Below, in pieces: positions 29,225-39,517 of a DNA stretch of 45,567 nt (position 1 is the first letter of the stretch; every line of letters starts with the position of its first letter). Where the stretch lies: positions 1 through 45,567 of the forward strand of contig JAJVLF010000015.1 in the NCBI GenBank assembly GCA_029255845.1, written 5' to 3'. The DNA is from Campylobacterota bacterium. Lineage in GTDB: Bacteria; Campylobacterota; Campylobacteria; Campylobacterales; JAJVLF01. The position numbers and the translations under genes were made by a program. The notes beneath the pieces were generated by a model, which was not told the DNA's origin, searched no databases, and saw only the letters and a program-made list of their open reading frames with translations.

Positions 29225-29822
29225 TATTAAATAATCTCATAATATTTGGAATATGCTTGCCAAATATAATAGCATAGATTAAAACCATAGGAACTAAACT
29301 AGAAATATTTGAAAAATTAAAAAAGTATAAAAGCAATAAAATAGAGCCTACACTAAGCAAAGAAGATATAGAAGATATTTTAAGAGTTTTCGCTAATACT
29401 CCCCATACTACAAGACCTACAATAGTTTCTATTGGCATCATAAAGATAGAAATTCCAAAAAAAGTAGCAACTCCTTTTCCACCCTCAAAAGATAAAAATA
29501 TAGAATAACAATGCCCTAAGATAGCTATAAAAGACATAAACCATAAAGCATTTTCACCAAGATTAAAGCCATATTTAGCTACTATTAGCAATATAAGAAT
29601 TTTTAGTAAATCAGAAGCTAGAGTTAAAGCTCCTAACTTTTTAGCTAAGGGGTGATTATCTTGCTTTAAAACACGAAGCACATTAGTAGCCCCAATGCTT
29701 CCGCTTCCAAGAGAAAGCAAATCCACATCGGTAAAAGCTTTTGTGTAAACAAGCCCAAAAGGGATAGAGCAAATTAGATAAGTTATAATATAGAAAATTA
29801 TATTAGTGTGTTCGATAAACAT
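29202..29822 (-). CDS. plsY: Glycerol-3-phosphate acyltransferase
   Basis: SIPFG, GSGSIGATNVLR, GHCYS..F.GGKGVAT, HIPNI.RL. Confidence 0.97.
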   Translation of the reverse strand: MFIEHTNIIFYIITYLICSIPFGLVYTKAFTDVDLLSLGSGSIGATNVLRVLKQDNHPLAKKLGALTLASDLLKILILLIVAKYGFNLGENALWFMSFIAILGHCYSIFLSFEGGKGVATFFGISIFMMPIETIVGLVVWGVLAKTLKISSISSLLSVGSILLLLYFFNFSNISSLVPMVLIYAIIFGKHIPNIMRLFNNEEKAVI

Positions 29823-29872
29823 TTATATAAGACCTTTTTTTAAATATAGCCATATTATATCTTTTGCACTCT

Positions 29873-29899
29873 TAAGAAAACCTCTATTAATCCAAAATA
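29873..29899 (+). repeat. Single copy of the TAAGGGAACCTCTATTAAT motif upstream of aceA
   Basis: TAAGAAAACCTCTATTAATCCAAAATA matches the arm of the 24294-24355 element. Confidence 0.65.
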
Positions 29900-29964
29900 A
29901 TACCAATCCTAATAGTTAAGAAGCAACAAGCTTAATATTTTTATAATAATTTTATGTTATGTTA

Positions 29965-29973
29965 TGTTATAAT
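29965..29973 (+). promoter_or_regulatory. Extended -10 promoter (TGTTATAAT) of aceA-rraA
   Basis: TGnTATAAT 43 bp upstream of the aceA ATG, at the end of a (TTATG)3 run. Confidence 0.55.
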
Positions 29974-30016
29974 TATGCACCATTAAAGAAGATGAGAATA
30001 TATAATAAGGTGCAAA

Positions 30017-31336
30017 ATGAGTATCAATGAAGATGTAGCAAGTAGAATTAAAGCATTAGAAAATGATTGGAAGACCAACCCAAGATGGGTAGATGTTAAA
30101 AGAACATATAGTGCAAAAGATGTTGTGAAATTACAAGGCTCTATTAAAATAGAACATACCTTAGCGACAAGAGGGGCTAATAGATTATGGGACCTTATAA
30201 GAGGTGGTGCTTCTAAAAAAGGATATGTTAATTGTCTTGGAGCTCTTACAGGTGGTCAAGCAATGCAACAAGTAAAGGCTGGTATTGAAGCTATTTATTT
30301 ATCAGGATGGCAAATAGCAGCAGATGGAAATACATCTAAGACTATGTATCCAGATCAATCTTTATATGCTTATGATTCTGTTCCTACTATGGTGCAGAGA
30401 ATTAATAATTCACTTAAAAGAGCTGATGAAATTCAGCATACAAAGGGAATATATAAAGGAGATAAAGGATTTATAGATTTTTTTGCTCCCATTGTAGCTG
30501 ATGCTGAAGCTGGTTTTGGCGGAGTTTTAAATTCTTATGAATTAACAAAAAATATGATAGAAGCAGGAGCTGCTGGTATTCATTTAGAAGATCAATTAGC
30601 TGCTGTAAAAAAATGTGGTCATATGGGTGGAAAAGTTTTAGTTCCAACACAAGAAGCGATACAAAAGCTAATCTCTGCTAGACTAGCATCAGATGTCATG
30701 GGAGTTCCTACTTTTGTATTAGCTAGAACAGATGCCGAAGCTGCCAATTTATTAACTAGCGATGTTGATGAATATGATAAGCCTTTTTTAACAGGAAAAA
30801 GAACATCTGAAGGTTTTTATGAAGTAAAAGCTGGAAAAGAACAAGCAATAGCAAGAGGTTTAGCTTATGCTCCTTATGCTGATTTAGTATGGTGTGAAAC
30901 TGCTACTCCTGATTTAGGTTTTGCTAAAGAATTTGCAGATGAGCTTAAAAAACAAAACCCTAATCAATTACTAGCATATAATTGTTCTCCATCATTTAAT
31001 TGGAAGAAAAATTTAGATGATGCAACAATTGCAAAGTTTCAAGATAAATTAAGTGAATATGGATTTAAGTATCAGTTTGTTACTTTAGCTGGTATTCATA
31101 GTATGTGGTATAATATGTTTGATTTAGCTAATGAATATGCTAATGGAGAAGGTATGAAGCATTATGTAAATAAAGTTCAAGAAGAAGAATTTAAAGCCGT
31201 ATCAAAAGGATATACTTTTGCTTCTCATCAGCAAGAAGTTGGAGCTGGATATTTTGATGATGTTACAACAATTATACAAGGTGAAAAATCTTCTGTAACT
31301 GCTCTTACAGGCTCCACCGAAGAAGATCAATTCTAA
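30017..31336 (+). CDS. aceA: Isocitrate lyase
   Basis: [21 protein letters not shown], catalytic [26 protein letters not shown]. Confidence 0.99.
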   Translation: MSINEDVASRIKALENDWKTNPRWVDVKRTYSAKDVVKLQGSIKIEHTLATRGANRLWDLIRGGASKKGYVNCLGALTGGQAMQQVKAGIEAIYLSGWQIAADGNTSKTMYPDQSLYAYDSVPTMVQRINNSLKRADEIQHTKGIYKGDKGFIDFFAPIVADAEAGFGGVLNSYELTKNMIEAGAAGIHLEDQLAAVKKCGHMGGKVLVPTQEAIQKLISARLASDVMGVPTFVLARTDAEAANLLTSDVDEYDKPFLTGKRTSEGFYEVKAGKEQAIARGLAYAPYADLVWCETATPDLGFAKEFADELKKQNPNQLLAYNCSPSFNWKKNLDDATIAKFQDKLSEYGFKYQFVTLAGIHSMWYNMFDLANEYANGEGMKHYVNKVQEEEFKAVSKGYTFASHQQEVGAGYFDDVTTIIQGEKSSVTALTGSTEEDQF

Positions 31337-31809
31337 TGATAGCTACTGCTGATTTAATGGATGACTACCCAGATTTACAAGTAGTTTCGCCAATTTTTAA
31401 AAGCTTTGGCAAGAAAGATAGTTTTTATGGCAAAATAAAAACTATCTCTTGCTTTGAAGATAATACAAAAGTTAGAGAAAGACTAGAAAGTGAAAATGGA
31501 AAAAATTGTGTTTTAGTAGTAGATGGGGCATCTTCTTTAAGATGTGCCTTACTTGGAGATAATTTAGCTCAATTAGCTATTGATAATAATTGGGAAGGTA
31601 TCATCATTAATGGCTGTATTAGAGATAGCTCAATTATAAACACAATGGATATAGGAGTAAAAGCCTTAGCAACTAATCCTAGAAAAAGCCTTAAAGAAAA
31701 TAAAGGTATTCTTGATGTCCAAGTATCTTTTGGAGATGCAAAATTTATCCCTGATGAATATATTTATTGTGATGGTGATGGGATAGTTATTGCTCCATCT
31801 AAAGTTTAG
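31336..31809 (+). CDS. rraA: RraA family protein (regulator of RNase E activity / HMG aldolase-like)
   Basis: TADLMD, CFEDN, VLVVDG, ALLGD, GCIRD, DGDGIV; TAATG coupling to aceA. Confidence 0.92.
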   Translation: MIATADLMDDYPDLQVVSPIFKSFGKKDSFYGKIKTISCFEDNTKVRERLESENGKNCVLVVDGASSLRCALLGDNLAQLAIDNNWEGIIINGCIRDSSIINTMDIGVKALATNPRKSLKENKGILDVQVSFGDAKFIPDEYIYCDGDGIVIAPSKV

Positions 31810-31851
31810 CTCATTTGATTACTAAGTAAAAGTATTAAGATGTCTAAGCCT

Positions 31852-33345
31852 TTAAATAATACCAATTTTTTTCCATATAGGTAGGACTTCTTTATTCCAT
31901 AACTCAAATCTTTGTTCTAAGTATTCTTTAGTGCTACCTACTGAATTATTTTGTATTTCCATATTGGTTTCTTTTTTTAAGTGGTCATCTATCTTATCAA
32001 CCATCTTAGACATATTTTTTTCATCATAAAATTTATAAAATAATCTATCAAAAAAATCTGCTATAAAAGCACTCTTTATATTAAAAGCACTAAGATATTC
32101 TGATTTATTAGATGACATATATTCATTACAAAAGGCTTTATTTAGATTATGTTTTTTATTAGTTTCATCATTTGCTATTATAGCAACTAGTGAAGATGAG
32201 ACAAAAAGAGATATGTAAAAAAGTGTTGTTCTTGTGTCGTTGTTATATATTAATTCATCAAAAAAACTTCCCTTAGAGAGCTTTTTCGTAAAATGCTTAA
32301 TTACATCATCGCTTATTTTTATATTTACTGATTCATAATCAATACTCTCATTTATTTGTTGATTAGGACTTATAAATAAAAATTTGTATTTGCTTAGTAT
32401 TTTTTTTATTTCATATAATGAATGTTTTTTAATCCCTTTAATGTATAAATCTTTCCTAAAAGAAGTGCCTAAAAAATGGTCTTTAAAATGCTCAAATATA
32501 GGAGTTCCAGCAGTGAAGTATTTGGTTAAAAATGTATTAATTTCTGCTGGTAATGTAAATGAGCTAAATGCATTAGTAGGTGAGCAAGTGCCTACAAAAT
32601 CAAATCCTTTTTTAGAGAATTTTTTTTCAATATCTATAAAATAACAAGATTTCCATCCTATATTTAGATACTCATGAGGCAAATAATTTCTATCTTGTTT
32701 TTTAGCTAAATCTAGGCTTTTTTTTAAATTTTTATGTCCAGCCATAAGGGGTTGTTCTAAAAATTCGTCTACGATTTTTATACTATGATCCATCCTAATA
32801 TCACTTCGACTAGTGCTAGTATGAGATGCTTCTAAAAGAAGTTTTTGTAATTGGCTTCTATATAATGAGCCAGGTAAGGCATTATAGCTATTATACACGA
32901 CTCCACCATTTTTAATCATTTTATCACAAAACTTTATCATATCTTTTCTGACTTGACTAGAAACCCATGAATAAACACCATGAAAGATGATATAATCAAA
33001 TTTAGGAAATTGCTTTTTCTCTTTAAGTGCTTGAGAAAAGGGCATATTATAAAAATGAATATTAGTTAAATTCCCTTTTTTTGCCATATACTCACCATAT
33101 TTCACATGAGCAGGATTAAAATCAATCCCATAAAACTCCCCATCTGGGAAATTTTCAGCCATAGAAAGTAAAGTCGTCCCTTTCCCAAAACCAAGCTCAC
33201 AATAAGTAAATTTACCCTCAATAGATGGAGGCTCAATCAGATTTGATAATAAACAGAAATTTATAAATAAAGGAGATAAATCACTATAATATTGATTTGT
33301 GTATTCTATATCAACTACATATTTGTCTTTGTATTGTTCGCTCAT
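31852..33345 (-). CDS. Class I SAM-dependent methyltransferase with methyltransferase regulatory domain
   Basis: CELGFGKG, GIDFNPAH, FDYI.FHGVYSWVS, SYNALPG, YLPHEYLN, FRKDLY. Confidence 0.88.
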   Translation of the reverse strand: MSEQYKDKYVVDIEYTNQYYSDLSPLFINFCLLSNLIEPPSIEGKFTYCELGFGKGTTLLSMAENFPDGEFYGIDFNPAHVKYGEYMAKKGNLTNIHFYNMPFSQALKEKKQFPKFDYIIFHGVYSWVSSQVRKDMIKFCDKMIKNGGVVYNSYNALPGSLYRSQLQKLLLEASHTSTSRSDIRMDHSIKIVDEFLEQPLMAGHKNLKKSLDLAKKQDRNYLPHEYLNIGWKSCYFIDIEKKFSKKGFDFVGTCSPTNAFSSFTLPAEINTFLTKYFTAGTPIFEHFKDHFLGTSFRKDLYIKGIKKHSLYEIKKILSKYKFLFISPNQQINESIDYESVNIKISDDVIKHFTKKLSKGSFFDELIYNNDTRTTLFYISLFVSSSLVAIIANDETNKKHNLNKAFCNEYMSSNKSEYLSAFNIKSAFIADFFDRLFYKFYDEKNMSKMVDKIDDHLKKETNMEIQNNSVGSTKEYLEQRFELWNKEVLPIWKKIGII

Positions 33346-33523
33346 TGTTTTTGCCTATATTAAAAGATGTAATGTTAGTGTATTTTTATAAAAGTGAGGT
33401 TAAAGTTGGAAAAACACTCATCACTTTTAAAGTTTCTTAAGTTATGTTCGTTAAAATAAAAGAAGTAAATATTTTTATTTTTAAGAACTACAGACAATAT
33501 TATAAACTCAAGGCTAATTATTA

Positions 33524-36052
33524 ATGAATATTAGAAAAGATTTCATCGAATTTTTCACATCAAAAAAACATCAATTATATAAATCATCGCCACTTATACC
33601 AGATGATGAAAGCTTAATGTTTATTAATGCAGGAATGGTTCCTTTTAAGGATATTTTTACAGGAAAAATACCTACTCCAAACCCTGATATGGCTACTAGC
33701 TGTCAGTTATGCTTAAGAACTGGTGGTAAGCATAATGACTTAGAAAATGTGGGTTATACTAATAGACATCATACTTTATTTGAAATGCTTGGGAATTTTT
33801 CTTTTGGTTCTTATTTTAAAAAAGAAGCTATTGAATACTCTTATGAGTTTTTAACTCAAACATTAAAGCTTGATTTAGATAAATTATGGTTTACTGTGTA
33901 TGATGATGATGATGAAGCATTTAATTTATGGGCAGATATAGTTCCTAAGGATAGAATAAAAAGACTTGGGAAAAAAGATAATTTTTGGCAAATGGGTAAT
34001 AGTGGTCCTTGTGGTCCTTGTAGTGAGATTTTTTATGATCAAGGGGATAAATTTAATTCTAGTGAAGACTATCTTGGAGGAGAGGGAGATAGGTTTTTAG
34101 AGATTTGGAATTTGGTTTTTATGCAATACGAAATGCACCCAAATGGGGGTTTGACACCATTAAAGAAGCCTTATATAGATACGGGTATGGGACTAGAGAG
34201 AGTTTATGCTATTATGGAAAATGTCCATAGTAATTTTGAGTCTTCTTTATTTATGCCAATTATCAAGCATATTGAAAAACTATCTAATGTCGAATATATT
34301 TATGATAAAGGAAGTAGTTTTCGTGTTATAGCTGACCATATAAGGGCTATTTGCTTTATGCTTAGTGAGGGTATTACTTTTGATAAAGACGGGCGAGGGT
34401 ATGTTTTAAGAAGACTTCTAAGAAGAGCCGTTCGGCATGGGTATTTGCTTGGATTTAGAGAAAGTTTTTTATTTTTATTGGTGGATGATGTCATAGCTAT
34501 TATGGGTGATACTTATGAGTCTTTAGAAGAAAAAGAAAAGTTTTTAAAAGAGAATATTAAGCTAGAAGAAGAAAGATTTTTTGCTACTATTGAAAATGGA
34601 ATGAAGCTTTTTAATAAAGAGCTAGAAACAACAAAAGATATTTTCTCTGGAGAAGTCGCATTTAAGCTGTATGACACTTATGGTTTCCCTCTTGATTTGA
34701 CTGAAGATATGCTAATTAAAAATAATATCAAAATAGATATAGAAGCTTATGATAAAGCTATGCAAAATCAAAAAGAAAAAGCTAGAGCTAATTGGAGTGG
34801 CAGTGGTGAGGCTTCTAAGAGTGCTAATTTTAAAGAAATAATTGATAGTTTTGGCATAAATGAATTTATAGGTTATGAAAATAATACAAGCACTTCAAAA
34901 ATCATATCTCTATATGATAATGAATTTAATTCTGTAAATTCTCTAGCTATCGATGGATGGGTGCTTTTAGATAAAACACCATTTTATGCTGAAAGTGGTG
35001 GTCAAGTTGGTGATAAGGGAAGCATTAATGATATTGAAGTGATAGATACAAAAAAGTTTTTTGAATTAAATTTATCGCAAGTTAGAATAAATAATGCGAA
35101 ATTAGAGCTTCAAGATACTGCAATATGCAAAGTGGAACAAAGAGATGAAGTTAAAAAACATCACTCTGCAACTCATTTATTACAAAGTGCATTAAGAGAA
35201 ATTTTAGGAGATGGAGTCCATCAAGCAGGAAGCTATAATGATGCGAATAGATTAAGATTTGATTTTACTTATCCAAAAGCTATCGAAAATCAAGAATTGC
35301 AACAAATAGAAAATATAGTAAATGAAAATATCTTCAAGTCCATTGATTTATCGACAGAAGAGCTTAGTATAGACGAAGCAAAGAAAAAAGGTGCCATTGC
35401 TATGTTTGGCGAAAAGTATGGAGATATGGTGCGAGTTGTTTCTTTTGATAAAGAAAGCATAGAATTTTGTGGAGGAACTCATATAGAAAATACTTCAAAA
35501 ATAGGAAGTTTTATCATCACAAAACAATCATCAGTAAGTAGTGGAGTGAGAAGAATTGAGGCTATTTGTGGCAAAAGTGCTAATGCATATATGAAAGATG
35601 TTTTAAATAAATACCAAGAAGCAAAATTTGAATTAAAAAATGAAAATATCATCGAGGGCATTTTAAAATTAAAAGAAAATATCAAAGAACTTAAAACAAA
35701 ACTAAAAAATAACAACAGCACTAAAGAATTAAAAGTATCTAAAATAAAAGACTTAAATATAATAATAGAACAAATAGATGATGGCAATATAAAAGAAATA
35801 ATAGACATTCAAAAAAATAAATACGAAAATATAGTCATAGTGATATTTCAAGTAGAAAAAGAAAAAGCAAAAATATTTTGCTCATGCAAAAACACAAATA
35901 TAAAAGCAAACTCCCTAGTGAAAGAAATATCCCCAATCCTAAATGCAAGAGGCGGAGGAAAAGATAGTTTTGCTACTGCTGGTGGAGGAGATGTGGATAA
36001 GATAAATGATGCTAAAATGGAAGTGATTAAGTATATAGAAAGTAATAGCTAA
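33524..36052 (+). CDS. alaS: Alanine--tRNA ligase
   Basis: NAGMVPFK, HHTLFEMLGNFSFG, DTGMGLER, editing HSATH and CGGTH, GGGK C-Ala domain. Confidence 0.99.
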   Translation: MNIRKDFIEFFTSKKHQLYKSSPLIPDDESLMFINAGMVPFKDIFTGKIPTPNPDMATSCQLCLRTGGKHNDLENVGYTNRHHTLFEMLGNFSFGSYFKKEAIEYSYEFLTQTLKLDLDKLWFTVYDDDDEAFNLWADIVPKDRIKRLGKKDNFWQMGNSGPCGPCSEIFYDQGDKFNSSEDYLGGEGDRFLEIWNLVFMQYEMHPNGGLTPLKKPYIDTGMGLERVYAIMENVHSNFESSLFMPIIKHIEKLSNVEYIYDKGSSFRVIADHIRAICFMLSEGITFDKDGRGYVLRRLLRRAVRHGYLLGFRESFLFLLVDDVIAIMGDTYESLEEKEKFLKENIKLEEERFFATIENGMKLFNKELETTKDIFSGEVAFKLYDTYGFPLDLTEDMLIKNNIKIDIEAYDKAMQNQKEKARANWSGSGEASKSANFKEIIDSFGINEFIGYENNTSTSKIISLYDNEFNSVNSLAIDGWVLLDKTPFYAESGGQVGDKGSINDIEVIDTKKFFELNLSQVRINNAKLELQDTAICKVEQRDEVKKHHSATHLLQSALREILGDGVHQAGSYNDANRLRFDFTYPKAIENQELQQIENIVNENIFKSIDLSTEELSIDEAKKKGAIAMFGEKYGDMVRVVSFDKESIEFCGGTHIENTSKIGSFIITKQSSVSSGVRRIEAICGKSANAYMKDVLNKYQEAKFELKNENIIEGILKLKENIKELKTKLKNNNSTKELKVSKIKDLNIIIEQIDDGNIKEIIDIQKNKYENIVIVIFQVEKEKAKIFCSCKNTNIKANSLVKEISPILNARGGGKDSFATAGGGDVDKINDAKMEVIKYIESNS

Positions 36053-36131
36053 ATGTATAAGCTAGTCTTTTTAGTTTTATATATCCCATTTATGGAGAAA
36101 ATAAGAGCGAAAAAGACATAAGGAAGCTTCT

Positions 36132-37283
36132 ATTAATAAAACAAAACCTCTCAAACTACTAATAGCACCTGATTCTTTTAAAGAGAGCTTGAGTGCCTCA
36201 CAAGTTTGCGATATTATAAGTAATGCCTTTATAGATAAGCTAGGCAAAGAAAATGTTGAAATCACTACTATGCCTTTATCAGATGGAGGAGAGGGCATAG
36301 TAGAAGTGCTTGAAAAATCTATTAATAAAAATATCATTCGTAAGTATGCAGTAGTAAGTGATGTTTTTGGAAATAAGATTAAAGCTAAATATTTGATTGT
36401 TGATAACAAGATAGCTATTTTAGAAATGGCTAATGTAGTCGGATTGCATTTATTAAATGAAAATCAAAAAAATCCTATGAAGACATCTACCCTAGGAATG
36501 GGGGAATTAATAAAAAATGCCTTAGATAATAATATAAAAGATTTTATCATAGGAGTTGGTGGGACTTCCACAAATGAGGCTGGTTTTGGAATGCTTCAAG
36601 CATTAGGAGTTTTATTTTTTGATAAACAAGGTAATTTAATCACTAAAAGCACTCCTAAAGACTTGATGAATTTAAACAGTATAGATATTAGTAATATTGA
36701 CTCTAGGTTAAAAAAATGTAGCTTTACAATAGCATGTGATGTCAGTAATCCTCTTTGTGGCTTAAATGGAGCTAGTCATATTTTTGCACCTCAAAAAGGT
36801 GCTAATAAAGATATGGTTTTAAAGCTTGATGAGATTATTTCTAATTTCGCTAAAGTAGTTGAAACTTCTTTAAATATAAACGAACAAGAAAAAGAAGGGG
36901 CTGGAGCAGGTGGAGGAATTGGTTTTGCATTTTTATCCTTTTTAAATGCAAATCTAAAATCAGGTATTAATATCATTATGGATATGAGTAATTTTTCAAA
37001 AGAAGTAAAAAAAACAGACATAATCATAACAGGAGAGGGGCGAACAGACTCTCAAAGCCTAAATGGAAAAGTAGTCTCTGGCATTGGAAAGATTGCTAAA
37101 AAACATAACAAAAAAGCAATCATCATAAGTGGCTCTTTACAATCAGGCTTTGAGCCACTCTATGATAATGGCATTACTTCTATATTTAGCACCATATCAG
37201 AGATAGGGACTTTGGAAAATGCTTTAAATAATGCGGATAAGAATTTATATAATGTATCTTATTCTGTGGCTAGTTTGATTTGA
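36132..37283 (+). CDS. glxK: Glycerate kinase (GlxK/GarK family), probable ATT start
   Basis: In-frame LLIAPDSFKESLSA upstream of the track TTG; SDGGEG, GAGAGGG, TGEGRTD. ATT 36132 lies 7 nt after AAGGA; in-frame stop at 36102. Confidence 0.93.
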   Translation: MNKTKPLKLLIAPDSFKESLSASQVCDIISNAFIDKLGKENVEITTMPLSDGGEGIVEVLEKSINKNIIRKYAVVSDVFGNKIKAKYLIVDNKIAILEMANVVGLHLLNENQKNPMKTSTLGMGELIKNALDNNIKDFIIGVGGTSTNEAGFGMLQALGVLFFDKQGNLITKSTPKDLMNLNSIDISNIDSRLKKCSFTIACDVSNPLCGLNGASHIFAPQKGANKDMVLKLDEIISNFAKVVETSLNINEQEKEGAGAGGGIGFAFLSFLNANLKSGINIIMDMSNFSKEVKKTDIIITGEGRTDSQSLNGKVVSGIGKIAKKHNKKAIIISGSLQSGFEPLYDNGITSIFSTISEIGTLENALNNADKNLYNVSYSVASLI

Positions 37284-37448
37284 TTGAGTAGGAAATTGTA
37301 ATTATTTAAAGAAGTCTACTAGATAATTTCTATATTGGTATCGAAAATAAAGCAATATTTTAGAGCAAAAGAATATAATGCTATATTTACTTTCTTTTAA
37401 TGTGCATTTTAAGAAAGATAGTTTAGTAAAAAACACAAGGATTTATCA

Positions 37449-38558
37449 TTGAGTGAAAATAATCATTTTATAAAAGACATAGAAATTAAAAAATTTAAAT
37501 GTTTTAATTCTTTTAAAACTGGTAAATTTAAAAGAGTTAATCTTATTGGAGGAAAAAATAATATAGGGAAGACAGCCTTTATGGAGGCTATATATTTATA
37601 TACTTCAACAAGTATGACAATGGCATATCAAAGACTATTGATTTTAAAAACATATAGAAATATGCAAGAAATGCTTCTTTCAAATGATTCAGATGAAGAT
37701 ATTTTAAAGTCTTTAATTTTGGAAAATCAAGATATCAATATTGGGATTGAGAAACAGGGGGATCGTACAAATGATGATGTTGGTGAAGAATATATATCAG
37801 AAGGTATATTCAATATAGAAAAAGATAAAGATGATGGGTTATTTTCTATTAGGGTTAAAAGTGAATTTGTGACTATAAATGAAGGTGTGTATATGCATAG
37901 GGATTCAGATGGTGACATAGAAGAAGAAGAAGAATATTATAAAACAAGTTCTCATAAATACTCATTATCTAAATTAATAACTTTCCTACATTCAAATATG
38001 TCTAATGCTAAATATAGCACAAGTAAAATATTTATAGGAACAAATCTAAATGACAATAATTTACTAGAAGAAATCATCGGAAACCTAAAACTAAACAATA
38101 AATATAATTCTTTCAATCAACACTTAAATAAATTATTTAAAATTGAAAATATTGACTTCATAAATAGAAAACCTATGGTCAAAATAAATAATCAATATCA
38201 AAATATAACTACTTTAGGAGATGGAATAAGGTCTATAATATTTTATCTTGGCTCATTACTAACCTTAAATGATGATTACATATTCATAGATGAAATAGAA
38301 AATGGAATTCATTATTCAAAACTAGATGATGTGTGGAAATTAATATTAACTATCTCAAAAGAGCAAAATGTTCAGGTTTTTGCTACTACTCACTCAAAAG
38401 AATGTATAGAATCTTATGCTAGAGTAGCTAAAAAATTAGAAGATGACAATATAGGTTTTATCAGTATGTATAAAAATAAAGAAAATGAATTAAAATCTAT
38501 TACATTTGATTATGAAAGTATCCAAAATAGAGGAGAGCTTGAATTGGATAATAGATAA
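37449..38558 (+). CDS. AAA_15/AAA_21 ABC-type ATPase (abortive-infection-like)
   Basis: GKNNIGKT, LGDGI, IFIDEIENGIHY, QVFATTHS. Confidence 0.88.
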   Translation: MSENNHFIKDIEIKKFKCFNSFKTGKFKRVNLIGGKNNIGKTAFMEAIYLYTSTSMTMAYQRLLILKTYRNMQEMLLSNDSDEDILKSLILENQDINIGIEKQGDRTNDDVGEEYISEGIFNIEKDKDDGLFSIRVKSEFVTINEGVYMHRDSDGDIEEEEEYYKTSSHKYSLSKLITFLHSNMSNAKYSTSKIFIGTNLNDNNLLEEIIGNLKLNNKYNSFNQHLNKLFKIENIDFINRKPMVKINNQYQNITTLGDGIRSIIFYLGSLLTLNDDYIFIDEIENGIHYSKLDDVWKLILTISKEQNVQVFATTHSKECIESYARVAKKLEDDNIGFISMYKNKENELKSITFDYESIQNRGELELDNR

Positions 38559-39109
38559 TGATTTATTTTATAGTCGAGGGACAAACTGACAAAGCACTTA
38601 TTGAAAATATTTTACATACTTTAGGAATAGATAATGACTTTAAATTTGCAGGACTTAAAGGTGATGGAAGTGTTAAAAGATATATTGAAAACCTAACAGA
38701 CCATGAATTATCTGAAAATACATATTTTGCGATTATTGATGCTGATAATTCATTTTCTGATAGTGAAAAGAAATTACAAAAATGTATAGGAGATAAAAAA
38801 ATTTATTTTTTTATCTTTCCAGACCATAAAAATAGTGGAGAACTAGAAGACTTGATTTTATCTAGTATTGATATTGATAATAAAGATGAAGTTATAAAAT
38901 GTTTTAATAACTATAAACAATGTATCAAAGATAGTATCAATAAAGATATTGAAAATAAGCACAAGCTATATGCATACACAACATTGCAACATAATCAAAA
39001 ACCAGAAGAGTATATAAAAACCTTAGATATTAAAGATAATTTTGAAGAATTAAAACAAAAAATAAAAGAATTATTTGAAAACCTTTTATACCGTGAAGAC
39101 CCCACTTAA
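38558..39109 (+). CDS. DUF3226 / TOPRIM-like nuclease partner
   Basis: IVEGQTD, IIDAD, FIFPD..SGELEDL, K...YAY; coupled to the ATPase. Confidence 0.8.
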   Translation: MIYFIVEGQTDKALIENILHTLGIDNDFKFAGLKGDGSVKRYIENLTDHELSENTYFAIIDADNSFSDSEKKLQKCIGDKKIYFFIFPDHKNSGELEDLILSSIDIDNKDEVIKCFNNYKQCIKDSINKDIENKHKLYAYTTLQHNQKPEEYIKTLDIKDNFEELKQKIKELFENLLYREDPT

Positions 39110-39517
39110 AGCATTAATGCCAGCTTGAGATACTTCTGTGTCCTGCTCAGGTGAGCCAGAGCTACAGCCTATGCCTCCTAATATTTGATTGTCATTAGTA
39201 AATATTGGTAAGCCTCCTCCCACTACACAAAATCTTCCTTGATTAGATGTGTGTATCCCAAAAACTGGTCCATTATTTTTGATTAAATCTCCATAAAACT
39301 TGGTTGATCTTCTTGCTCCACCTGCTGTGAATGCTTTATCTATCGCTATGCTTATGCTTGTTATTCTTGCATTATCCATTCTTTGGAAAAGCATTAGGTT
39401 TCCGCCGTCATCTACTATGGCTATATCCATATCTATGCCGATTTCTTTTGCTTTTGCTTCAGCTCCTGCCATCATTGTTTTGGCATCTTCTAATGTTAAT
39501 TTTGCTACTTGTTTCAC
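39086..39517 (-). CDS. glcG: GlcG/HbpS family heme-binding protein
   Basis: IAIVDDGGNL..F.RMD, KAFTA, GGLPI, GGIGCS...EQD; follows glcB. Confidence 0.9.
   Translation of the reverse strand: MKQVAKLTLEDAKTMMAGAEAKAKEIGIDMDIAIVDDGGNLMLFQRMDNARITSISIAIDKAFTAGGARRSTKFYGDLIKNNGPVFGIHTSNQGRFCVVGGGLPIFTNDNQILGGIGCSSGSPEQDTEVSQAGINALSGVFTV

Noticed and set aside
29952-29970. (TTATG)n repeat as a phase-variation tract
   Set aside because: Only about 3.5 units, too short to support slippage; it overlaps the -10 element.
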